From Calditrichia bacterium (GTDB taxonomy: Bacteria > Calditrichota > Calditrichia > RBG-13-44-9), in contig JARRQT010000141.1 in the NCBI GenBank assembly GCA_037381445.1, forward strand, positions 1 to 17,380: a stretch of DNA of 17,380 bases. The letters are read 5' to 3'. The stretch's first letter is position 1, and each line of letters begins with the position of its first letter. A program made the translations under genes and the position numbers. Below the pieces are notes generated by a model that was given only the letters and a program-made list of their open reading frames with translations, was not told the origin of the DNA and did no database searches. Below are positions 1 to 8,142 of this stretch, piece by piece.

Positions 1-326
1 AAGTATATAATATTGGATATACAAGCGGTATTGGCTCCACGGTCCCCGCCAATCAATTGCCGGACCGGTTTGTCCTGGAACAGAACTATCCCAATCCTTT
101 CAATCCGGCCACCGTCATACGATACAGCATTCCTGCTCCTGGTCATGTCACATTGAGCGTATACAATGTCACCGGGCAGAAAGTGGCGACGCTGGTGAAT
201 GAACCGCGGGCTGCAGGGACTTATGAAGTCACTTTTAACGGAGACCAACTGTCAGGCGGCATCTATTTTTACCGGATCAAATCCGGTGCCTTTTCGCAAA
301 TCAGGAAAATGGTTCTGCTGAAGTAG
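1..326 (+). CDS. 3' end of a secreted protein with a T9SS type A sorting / FlgD-like Ig C-terminal domain (5'-truncated by the window)
   Basis: The frame is open from nt 3 (VYNIGYTSGIGSTVPANQLPDRF...). It carries the typical motif string LEQNYPNPFNPATVIRYS...LSVYNVTGQKVATLVN...G.Y...SGGIYFYRI...KMVLLK and ends at TAG 324-326. Confidence 0.9.
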   Translation, partial: VYNIGYTSGIGSTVPANQLPDRFVLEQNYPNPFNPATVIRYSIPAPGHVTLSVYNVTGQKVATLVNEPRAAGTYEVTFNGDQLSGGIYFYRIKSGAFSQIRKMVLLK

Positions 327-380
327 CATTCAATCCAGCAACCCACTGCGATAAATCGTTGCTGGCCGTTACCGGAAAAT

Positions 381-521
381 ATGCAGGAAATTTTGCTGGG
401 CTACGGCCTGGGCATCCGCTTAACGGGGCCGCTGGGCCTACTGCAGGTCGATTACGGTCTGGCCGACGGCCTGCCTTTCCGGGAGGGGAAAATCCATTTT
501 CGAATTATCAATGAATTTTAA
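381..521 (+). pseudogene. Orphan C-terminal fragment of an Omp85 (BamA/TamA-family) beta-barrel gene
   Basis: Manual translation gives MQEILLGYGLGIRLTGPLGLLQVDYGLADGLPFREGKIHFRIINEF*. This resembles the last beta-strands of Omp85 proteins (G.G.G.R..tP.G.l..DyG...hF.i...F, with a terminal Phe). It is too short for the ORF track and no barrel N-terminal part precedes it. Confidence 0.7.
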
Positions 522-702
522 GCATCTCTCCGTTCTTCTTATCAAGGGCAAATCCCATAATTGCCGGCTTGAATGTGTATAGATCATTCGCTTGTGCTTT
601 TAGAAATATGGGACGGAATATCCGAGTCCGGGTGCTGACCGGCTTGCCTGTATATTTCGTGCCCGTACGCCTGGCATGAAACGTTAAATATCTATTAAAG
701 TA

Positions 703-747
703 TTGATAATATCAAAAAATTTGATTTGCAGAATATTGTGTTATATT
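703..747 (+). promoter_or_regulatory. Putative operator palindrome and promoter for the ICMT-family gene
   Basis: TTGATA-A-TATCAA inverted repeat at 703-715, TTGATT at 721-726, and an extended -10-like TGnTATATT at 739-747. Confidence 0.35.
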
Positions 748-789
748 TCGGTTGTTAATCAAATAGGCAGGAAACGAGAATAAATAAAG

Positions 790-1221
790 ATGAAAACCCT
801 TTCAATTATCGGATATTTGATGATGGTTTCTGCTTTAGTCGGTCTGGTTTTTACCCGTTCGCTGTTTTCTTCATTAATTATCGTCATTCTTATTCAGGTC
901 CTGGCAGTTGTGCTGATGGTCTGGGCGAGAAAAACCTTTGGTCTGAGAAGCTTCCATTTCTCAGCAAATCCAACGGAAGGTAATCTGGTTACAACGGGTC
1001 CGTACCGCTATATTAGGCATCCTGTCTATGCAGCTGTCATTTTCTTTTGTTTTCCGGGAATGTTAGCGAATCTTAGTATAAATTCTGTTTTTCTCTTCAT
1101 ATTACTGCTGGCAGGCTGTTTCATCCGGATCATTCTTGAGGAAAAATTCTTAACGACCAGATACCCTGAATACAAAGAGTATGTAAAGCAAACAAAGAGA
1201 ATCATCCCATTTATAATATAA
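790..1221 (+). CDS. Isoprenylcysteine carboxyl methyltransferase (ICMT/Ste14/PEMT) family membrane protein
   Basis: Hydrophobic helices plus the signature LVTTGPYRYIRHPVY and EEKFL...YPEYKEY...TKRIIPFI. Confidence 0.88.
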   Translation: MKTLSIIGYLMMVSALVGLVFTRSLFSSLIIVILIQVLAVVLMVWARKTFGLRSFHFSANPTEGNLVTTGPYRYIRHPVYAAVIFFCFPGMLANLSINSVFLFILLLAGCFIRIILEEKFLTTRYPEYKEYVKQTKRIIPFII

Positions 1222-1481
1222 AGCCGGCGACCTAAAGTGCCTATTGCATCAGCTAATATAGAGTTGAAAAGTCTCAACTCTAGAATAAAAAAATTCACAG
1301 CACACTATCAAAGGAACGAGGATCGGAATAATATTTCTTCATCCAAAAAATGTGGTAATTCCCGAAAAATTTGGCGATAGTTCGGCAGGAAATGCGTATT
1401 GACAGGTTATTTGTTTCAGACTGAGAACAGTATGGCTTCCTGCCTTGCTAAATCCGGATTTTCTATTTCCACTAAAAATTC

Positions 1482-1510
1482 AATAGCCAATCCTTGGAGG
1501 GCTATTTTTT
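1482..1510 (+). terminator. Probable rho-independent terminator
   Basis: Stem AATAGCC (1482-1488) / GGCTATT (1500-1506) running into a T tract that ends at 1510. Confidence 0.5.
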
Positions 1511-1748
1511 CATCTTCATGAGCACAATATTTCATGCCCGGCATACCATTTACCAAATAATCCTCGTTCTACATTTGGCTTTTATAATATCCTAAAAATA
1601 TGGTTGAATTTTCAGGGCGAAGAAAAACTGCGCATTTTATGTTATTATTTATTATATTCTAACCTGATTTTCTGGAAATGCTTCAATAAGAATTTGTTGT
1701 GAAGAATTTATGCTTAAAAAAATTCATTCAAACAAGAAGGGGGTCGCT

Positions 1749-2519
1749 ATGATCCGGTTGATGGGCACTATGTCTGTTGTTCTTTTTGCACTGGTCTGCC
1801 TGGCAATGGCCCAGACTGATACCACGGAAACTGCATTAATTGCGCAGGGAGACTCGGCATATGCCGCCTACAATAATAAAGCGGCGGCAGAATACTACAC
1901 CAAGGCGACACAGGTGGAGCCAAATAATTACGAAGCGACATGGAAATTAAGCAGGGCCTATGCGGACATGGGAGAGGCGCTCACCAGAAAGGATGAGAGA
2001 AACCGCTTTTTTAAGAAGAGCGAGGAACTGGCCCGCAAAGCTATCCAGATTGATTCCACCGGGGAAAAAGGCCATTTGTATCTGGCAATCGCCCTGGGCA
2101 GGGTTGCGCTGGACGCGGGAGCGAAGGAAAGGGTTCAGATGTCCAAGGAGATAAAGGCTGAGACAGAAAAGGCTATCCAACTGGATCCCAATGACTATCT
2201 GGCATGGCACGTTCTGGGCCGCTGGAACAAGAAAATGGCCACCCTGAGCTGGATTGAAAAGAGTTTTGCCAATATTTTTCTGGGCGGCGTTCCCAAAGGG
2301 GCGACCCTGGAAAACGCGATGAAAGACTTCAAAAAGGCGATTGAGCTGAATCCGCATTATATTAATAATTATTACCAGTTAGGCTTGACGTATGAAGATA
2401 TGGGTGATAAAAAAATGGCCATTGAGGAATACAAGAAGGTAGGGGAACTGCCGCAGACCAATTGGGAAGATCCCAAGATCAAAAAAGAAGCGCAAGAAAG
2501 GTTAAAACATCTGAGCTGA
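1749..2519 (+). CDS. Exported tetratricopeptide-repeat protein (RMDN/RMD1-like TPR pattern)
   Basis: AGAAGGGGG precedes ATG 1749 (alternative start 1710). There is a signal peptide ending in ..CLAMA/QT and several TPR-like units (EPNNYEATWKLSRAY, LDPNDYLAWHVLGRW, LNPHYINNYYQLGLTY). Confidence 0.8.
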   Translation: MIRLMGTMSVVLFALVCLAMAQTDTTETALIAQGDSAYAAYNNKAAAEYYTKATQVEPNNYEATWKLSRAYADMGEALTRKDERNRFFKKSEELARKAIQIDSTGEKGHLYLAIALGRVALDAGAKERVQMSKEIKAETEKAIQLDPNDYLAWHVLGRWNKKMATLSWIEKSFANIFLGGVPKGATLENAMKDFKKAIELNPHYINNYYQLGLTYEDMGDKKMAIEEYKKVGELPQTNWEDPKIKKEAQERLKHLS

Positions 2520-2560
2520 TAATCAGACAAATTTGCCGCACAAGTTATACGGTTCATAGA

Positions 2561-2589
2561 CAAAAGCCCCTCCCGATGAGGGGCTTTTG
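2561..2589. terminator. Bidirectional rho-independent terminator between convergent genes
   Basis: Perfect 12-bp inverted repeat CAAAAGCCCCTC-ccgat-GAGGGGCTTTTG with A/T tracts on both sides. Confidence 0.85.
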
Positions 2590-2649
2590 CATTGATCTAT
2601 ATGAAAAATGAATTTGTGAAACCCCAACCCCTTTTTATCAGGACTGAAT

Positions 2650-3291
2650 TTACTCTTCTATCACCTTTGCATTTTTTACTTCGCCCATTATTTTACCGCC
2701 ATTTTTCAGATGCACGGTAACATTCCGGTCGCGCTCTTCCACGATGAGGTTTCCTTTGACGACGGACCCGTTTATGATGTCTATACGGACCTCCATATTT
2801 CGGTCGCCGTGCTTTTCTTTCACAATCAAGTCTCCGTCTACGGTGCTGTTATGGTCCAGGACCACGTCGCCGTTTACAGTGGTCAGATTCTGCTCCACCT
2901 GTGTCCCGGAAAGCGAAATACTGCCGTTTACGGTTCCCACATCGCCCCCGACCACTGCTCCGGATTCCACAGTGATGGTCCCGTTCACGGTCCCGAGGTC
3001 CTTCCGGATATCCGCTTTCGGGCTTATTGTAAGGGCGCCGTTTACGCTCTGCACATCATCCGCCCGTGATCTTTCCCCGATGTCAATGCTTCCGTTCACA
3101 GTCTGACAATCGCCGTTAATCTGGCAGTCTTTCCCGACAACAATATTTCCGTTTACCGAACGCAGGTCATGCTGACTGGTTTTTCCGTCTTCGATGTAAA
3201 TATTTTTGTTTACACTCATGGAGGTGCAGGCAAGGTTCACAAAAATAAAAAGTGCGAAAATGGTCAAGAAGCTGAAATGCCGTGAAATCAT
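2650..3291 (-). CDS. Beta-strand-repeat lipoprotein (DUF4097 / beta-solenoid-like)
   Basis: GGAGAG RBS, a lipobox-like VNLA-C after a hydrophobic stretch, and six [ST]VNG-x-[ILV] repeats at 18-19 aa spacing. Confidence 0.75.
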   Translation of the reverse strand: MISRHFSFLTIFALFIFVNLACTSMSVNKNIYIEDGKTSQHDLRSVNGNIVVGKDCQINGDCQTVNGSIDIGERSRADDVQSVNGALTISPKADIRKDLGTVNGTITVESGAVVGGDVGTVNGSISLSGTQVEQNLTTVNGDVVLDHNSTVDGDLIVKEKHGDRNMEVRIDIINGSVVKGNLIVEERDRNVTVHLKNGGKIMGEVKNAKVIEE

Positions 3292-3428
3292 TTTTATCTC
3301 TCCTGTTTTAATCTGTCCAAATAGACGTCTTTAAAAATTAAAAGTTTCGCATCAGAGAATATCATGATTATTGTATTAATAAATTCAGGTAAAAGTAAGC
3401 AAATTTTTTACTTAAGTGAAAATTTAAC

Positions 3429-3457
3429 TTGCAAATGCTGGTGATTAATTATATTAT
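3429..3457 (+). promoter_or_regulatory. Sigma70-type promoter for the M20 amidohydrolase gene
   Basis: TTGCAA (3429-3434), 17-nt spacer, TATTAT (3452-3457). Confidence 0.55.
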
Positions 3458-3524
3458 TCAAATTGAAACCTGGCGACTGCGAGCGTATTGAGAGTTTTGT
3501 GAAAACCTAAATTCTGAAGCTTTT

Positions 3525-4709
3525 ATGTTAAGGACTGACAAATCATTGGATTCCATTTTCCCTGAACTTGTCCGCATCAGAAGGGAATTTCACAGCCAAC
3601 CCGAGCTTGCCTGGCAAGAGTTTGAAACCACCCACCGGATCATCCGCTTTCTGGAAGCCCAAAAAATTGAAAATATTGAACGTCCCCTGCAGACCGGCGT
3701 TGTGGCGCAGATTGGAAATGATGGGGCCAAACCAACAGTCGTTCTGCGGGCCGATATGGATGCGCTCCCCGTGCAGGATGAAAAGAAAGTGGAATACCGC
3801 TCTACAGCGCACAGCATTTGCCACGCCTGCGGACATGATGTCCATATGACAATCGCGCTGGGGACCGCCGCCGTTTTGAAACAAGCGGAAGGGGGGCTGC
3901 CGGTGAACGTGCGGTTTGTATTTCAGCCGGCCGAAGAACCGATACCCAGTGGTGCGCCCAAAATGCTGGAGAAGCATATTCTGGAGGGTGCGGATGCCGC
4001 GCTGGGCATGCATGTGGATCCGGCCCTCGCCCTCGGTAAAAAAGGGCTGACAGCGGGGTGGGTGAATGCACAGACCATCCGGCTGGAATGGAAGATCAGA
4101 GGCCGAGGTGGTCATTCCGCCCGTCCACACCTGGCAGCGGACCCGCTGTGGGCCGGCACCCGGCTGATCCAGGACAGTTATCAGGCCGCGTACCGCCTGT
4201 GGAGCCGCCCGGACTACCCGGTTGTGCTGAGTTTTACCCGATTCAACGGCGGTAATTCCTATAATATCATTCCGGAAATTGCCGGACTCACCGCGAGCCT
4301 TCGGGTGACTAATGTGGAATTGGGTCCCAAAATACTGGACAGCCTGCGGCAGATCAACCAGCATATTGAAAACGAGTGCAGGGTCGAAATAGAATTTGAT
4401 ACACTGGCTGGCTCCCCGCCGGTCATGAATGATAAAGATCTGGTAAGCCAGTTGATTGAAAACTGGAAAAAGCTAAATGGCAATATTACCGATATCGAAA
4501 GCGAATACCGCTCCATGGGCGGCGATGATTTTGGCTGGTATTCTCAAAAACTGCCTGCCGCCATGGTCCGTTTCGGCACTGCTATCAAGGATGCTTCCAG
4601 GAATTTGCACACCGGATTATTTGATGTACCCGAGGAAGTCATCCGAATTGCCGTAGATTTTTTTGCCGGACAACTGCTGAACTGGAACACTGAGACGAAA
4701 ACAAAGTAA
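3525..4709 (+). CDS. M20 family amidohydrolase (Acy1-like, hippurate/IAA-amino-acid hydrolase group)
   Basis: Motifs RREFHSQPELAWQE, LRADMDALP, HACGHDVH, FQPAEE, GMH, GRGGHSARPH, MGGDDF and LHT. Confidence 0.92.
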   Translation: MLRTDKSLDSIFPELVRIRREFHSQPELAWQEFETTHRIIRFLEAQKIENIERPLQTGVVAQIGNDGAKPTVVLRADMDALPVQDEKKVEYRSTAHSICHACGHDVHMTIALGTAAVLKQAEGGLPVNVRFVFQPAEEPIPSGAPKMLEKHILEGADAALGMHVDPALALGKKGLTAGWVNAQTIRLEWKIRGRGGHSARPHLAADPLWAGTRLIQDSYQAAYRLWSRPDYPVVLSFTRFNGGNSYNIIPEIAGLTASLRVTNVELGPKILDSLRQINQHIENECRVEIEFDTLAGSPPVMNDKDLVSQLIENWKKLNGNITDIESEYRSMGGDDFGWYSQKLPAAMVRFGTAIKDASRNLHTGLFDVPEEVIRIAVDFFAGQLLNWNTETKTK

Positions 4710-4867
4710 TCAAACCGGATATTCGGCCAGAGGTTGAATTTATAAGCCTCGAATTTGCCGTTTAAAAGCTTTTAAATAGAAGGTCAGCTTCAACATTTGG
4801 CAGTACAATTTTCAAACAATTTTATAAGCTCCTGAGAAAACCTCACGAGAGGCGACGCCGACAGCTC

Positions 4868-6787
4868 ATGGAAATTTCATTCAAAATCAGGGAATTGGGA
4901 GACCTCGAATCCGTCATTGCCAGGGAGTGGATTCAGTTCGATCACTTCGGGAATTATGCATCTTCCACAATTTCAGGCCTTAATACCCGTAAAAGGCACG
5001 GTCTGTTTGTTTATCAACTTTCCAAAAGCAAACAGCACCTTGTTTTGCTCTCCCATATGCAGGAGGACTATTTCGACGGGGAAAATCAGCATGCGCTGTT
5101 TACAGTGGAATATGAATCCCGGACCATTTCGGAAGGACTGGGGAACCAGATTGATTTTCAGCTCGATCCAATCCCCGCTTTTATTTATCGTTTTGGGGAG
5201 ACCAGGATCAAAAAAACGGTTGTTCTCATAAAGGACCGCCAGCAGCTCATCCTGCATTATGAAATTACAGGGCCGGTAAAAGAGAGCAGCCGTCTGATTC
5301 TCAGACCGTTCTTTGCCTTTCGTCCCGCGAATGAGTGCTCAAATCCGGAGCGCTATGTGAATACGGAAATGTTCGAAATGAATGACAATCTGAGGTTCCT
5401 TCCTTACCCGGAGTCGCCAGAAATTTACATCGGCCATACATCGGGGGATTTCGTACATGCCTCCATGTGGTATCATAATTTCTTTTACCGGCACGACCCG
5501 GAAAATGAATCCCGAACCGAGGACCTGTTAAATCCGGGATTTTTTGAACTCTCTCCCTACAAAACGCGCGAAATTTATATCTCTTTTGGTTTGTCCGAAA
5601 TCAGGTCTGAGGAGCTGCCGGTCTATTACAGGACAGAAAAAGAGCGCCGCATACTGGCAAAGTCGCCCAGGGGGATGGACAGCGAGATTGTTTCCTATTT
5701 AAAGGAACGCACCGAGAATTTCAAACTGTATTCGGCAGACAATAAGCACAGCTATTTTATTACCGAATTCCCCCGCTATAATTTTAACCTGACCGTGCAC
5801 TGCTTCATTGCCAGAAGAATTATCCGAAGCGGAGTGGACCCCGACATTGCGCGAGGATACTACCAGACCATTATGAGTCTGTTCTACGACAGAAATCCTT
5901 TGGATGTCCTGACCGGTGCCCATCCTCAAATGTCAGTCGATCCGCTTTCTCCGTTCGCCCTGATATTTTTTCTGTACGAATATCATTCCAGATACGATCA
6001 TGGCGTGTCCGTGCTGGACTCCATCAAATTAATCCAGGGAATCATCAACCATATTTACAGAAATCATTTCTCGTTTTATCGAAGGACAAGGCATAAACTG
6101 CTCGAACGCCTTTATGCGGCCAGGGAATATCCTTCCGGGAGCGGTTTTGAAAGATTTTACCCGGACCGCCAGAATTTTTTGTTCAACGTTTTCTGGTATA
6201 ATGCCCTGAAAATCCTGATTCACCTGGGGCAATATCACGACATAAAGGCAGCCAGGTACGAGAGGTGGATTAAAAAAGTCCAGACCCGGTTTCTGAATCA
6301 ATACATGAAAGCGTTTCTGGAAAATCCGTCACAGGCGCTGCAGGTCTATCCATTCTCTTTTCATCCGACCATGATTTACACCATCAGCCTTCCCTTCATG
6401 ATTCTTGGCAAAGCGGAATCACGTTTGTTATTTTCCATTCTGGTCAAGCAGTTTATGACCGGCAGCGGCATCAGTTTCCCGATTAGAGGAAAGGAAAAGG
6501 TGGAATTACTGCCGTCACCATTGCTGCTGGGTGAATTTCTGGAGGGCTGGCAATTGGTGATGAAGGATAAAGAGAAATTTCTGCTACTCTTCCGGAAAAT
6601 CTCAAAAAATTTGACCCTGTCGTTGCGCCACGAAATGGTCGGTTACATTTCGGATATTTCCAAACCAACTGACAAAATCCCTGCTCAGAGATTGCAGGCT
6701 TCTGCGCTTTCCACCAGCGAAGCGCTCTATTTCTTCAGCAGACTGGAGGAAATTGCACGCAATATGCCTGAACCAGAGGCCAGCTAG
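4868..6787 (+). CDS. Glycogen debranching enzyme-like protein (GDE N-terminal domain plus degenerate amylo-alpha-1,6-glucosidase domain)
   Basis: The N-terminal part has REWIQFDHFGNYASSTISGLNTRKRHGL, RLILRPFFAFR and EDLLNPGFF. C-terminal remnants include NVFWYNAL, TISLP, LLLGEF, GYISDI and ALSTSEAL. The 639-aa length is typical of the family. Confidence 0.78.
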   Translation: MEISFKIRELGDLESVIAREWIQFDHFGNYASSTISGLNTRKRHGLFVYQLSKSKQHLVLLSHMQEDYFDGENQHALFTVEYESRTISEGLGNQIDFQLDPIPAFIYRFGETRIKKTVVLIKDRQQLILHYEITGPVKESSRLILRPFFAFRPANECSNPERYVNTEMFEMNDNLRFLPYPESPEIYIGHTSGDFVHASMWYHNFFYRHDPENESRTEDLLNPGFFELSPYKTREIYISFGLSEIRSEELPVYYRTEKERRILAKSPRGMDSEIVSYLKERTENFKLYSADNKHSYFITEFPRYNFNLTVHCFIARRIIRSGVDPDIARGYYQTIMSLFYDRNPLDVLTGAHPQMSVDPLSPFALIFFLYEYHSRYDHGVSVLDSIKLIQGIINHIYRNHFSFYRRTRHKLLERLYAAREYPSGSGFERFYPDRQNFLFNVFWYNALKILIHLGQYHDIKAARYERWIKKVQTRFLNQYMKAFLENPSQALQVYPFSFHPTMIYTISLPFMILGKAESRLLFSILVKQFMTGSGISFPIRGKEKVELLPSPLLLGEFLEGWQLVMKDKEKFLLLFRKISKNLTLSLRHEMVGYISDISKPTDKIPAQRLQASALSTSEALYFFSRLEEIARNMPEPEAS

Positions 6788-6942
6788 AAAATTACTCTGG
6801 GAGAGGAACGGATTGGCCGGATGAAATCGAAGTGGTGATCTTATTTCATCTCTTCCGAAAGACAATTGCACCCCTGCAAGAAATCCTTCCCGCAGAATTC
6901 TTTTAAGCTATTGCAGTGTATTGTGATAATTTGGGTATCAAT

Positions 6943-7947
6943 CTACTGAATAGGTTCTTCCATCAGCCGGCTGATGATTTGCAGCGTGTTGACGCCTTCA
7001 GCTTCCGCGTTAAAATTTGTCACGATTCTGTGCCGCAGCACGGGGATGGCGCATGCCTTAACATCCTCAATGTCCGGGGTAAAACGCCCCTGCAGCGCCG
7101 CCCTGGTTTTGGCCCCCAGTATCAAATATTGCGATGCCCGCGGTCCCGCGCCCCAGTTAATCCATTTTTTGATATAGTCCCTGGAGTCGGGGTGGTCGGG
7201 ACGGGTGAGACCGGCCAGTTTGACGGCATACTGCACCACATTGTCGGCTACCGGAATTTTGCGGATGGCATCCTGGAATATCAATATCTCTTTTGCCGAT
7301 ACCACTTTTTCCAGCAATGGGATATAGTCGCTGGTGGTGGATTTAACGATATCGATCTCCTCGGCAAAGGAGGGATAATTTATCCACAAGTTGAACATGA
7401 AACGGTCCAACTGCGCCTCGGGCAGGGGATAGGTCCCTTCCTGCTCAATGGGATTTTGGGTGGCCAGCACAAAGAACGGTTCCTGCAGGGCGAAGGTTTC
7501 CCCGGCTGCGGTAACCTTGTGTTCCTGCATGGCCTCCAGCAATGCGGATTGGGTTTTGGGTGGAGTCCGGTTAATCTCGTCCGCCAGAACAATGTTGGCG
7601 AATACCGGCCCTTTGATGAAACGGAAAGATTTCCTGCCGGTGCCCATGTCTTCTTCAATGATTTCGGTGCCGGTGATATCGGAGGGCATTAAATCCGGAG
7701 TAAACTGGATGCGGCTGAATTTCAAATCCAGGACTTCCGCCAGAGTGCTGATCAGCAGTGTTTTCGCCAGACCCGGCACACCGATAATCAGGCAATGTCC
7801 CCTGGAAAAGAGAGAGATCAGTAGTTGATCGATGATTTCCTGCTGGCCGATAATGGTTTTCTTTATCTCGCGATCAATCTTTTTTCTGGCGTCGGCCAGC
7901 GCCAGCAGCGCGTCGCCTTCATTCTGAAATTTTGCCTTGTCCGTCAT
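6943..7947 (-). CDS. moxR: MoxR-family AAA+ ATPase
   Basis: Walker A GVPGLAKT, RIQFTPDLMPSDITG, Walker B LADEINR, LLEAMQE, ATQNPIEQEGTYPLPEAQLDRF, WGAGPRA and VLRHR. Confidence 0.95.
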   Translation of the reverse strand: MTDKAKFQNEGDALLALADARKKIDREIKKTIIGQQEIIDQLLISLFSRGHCLIIGVPGLAKTLLISTLAEVLDLKFSRIQFTPDLMPSDITGTEIIEEDMGTGRKSFRFIKGPVFANIVLADEINRTPPKTQSALLEAMQEHKVTAAGETFALQEPFFVLATQNPIEQEGTYPLPEAQLDRFMFNLWINYPSFAEEIDIVKSTTSDYIPLLEKVVSAKEILIFQDAIRKIPVADNVVQYAVKLAGLTRPDHPDSRDYIKKWINWGAGPRASQYLILGAKTRAALQGRFTPDIEDVKACAIPVLRHRIVTNFNAEAEGVNTLQIISRLMEEPIQ

Positions 7948-7975
7948 CCTATCCCTTTATCATAATGTTTTGATG

Positions 7976-8004
7976 ATAATAAAGAAACCGCAGCGCAGAA
8001 TCAA
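7976..8004 (-). promoter_or_regulatory. Sigma70-type promoter for moxR
   Basis: On the minus strand, TTGATT (8004-7999), 17-nt spacer, TATTAT (7981-7976), about 30 nt before the start codon, followed by an AAAGGGA RBS-like element. Confidence 0.55.
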
Positions 8005-8142
8005 ATTATTTTTATGAAAGATGAGAGATGTTCGAATAAAAAAATTATGCTGTTTATGTTTTTTCCGCTAATGAATTCCTGACACGGGGAAGATAATCAT
8101 GCAGACATTATTTTATTGCGATTAACTCAAGTCCTGGGCCAT

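Noticed and set aside
703..715. TTGAT...ATCAA as an FNR box
   Set aside because: The spacer is 3 nt rather than the required 4. It is kept only as a generic palindrome.
1749..3291. TPR (RMDN-like) plus beta-solenoid gene pair as a cytoskeleton-like system
   Set aside because: The genes are convergent and separated by a strong terminator. The link rests only on family names.
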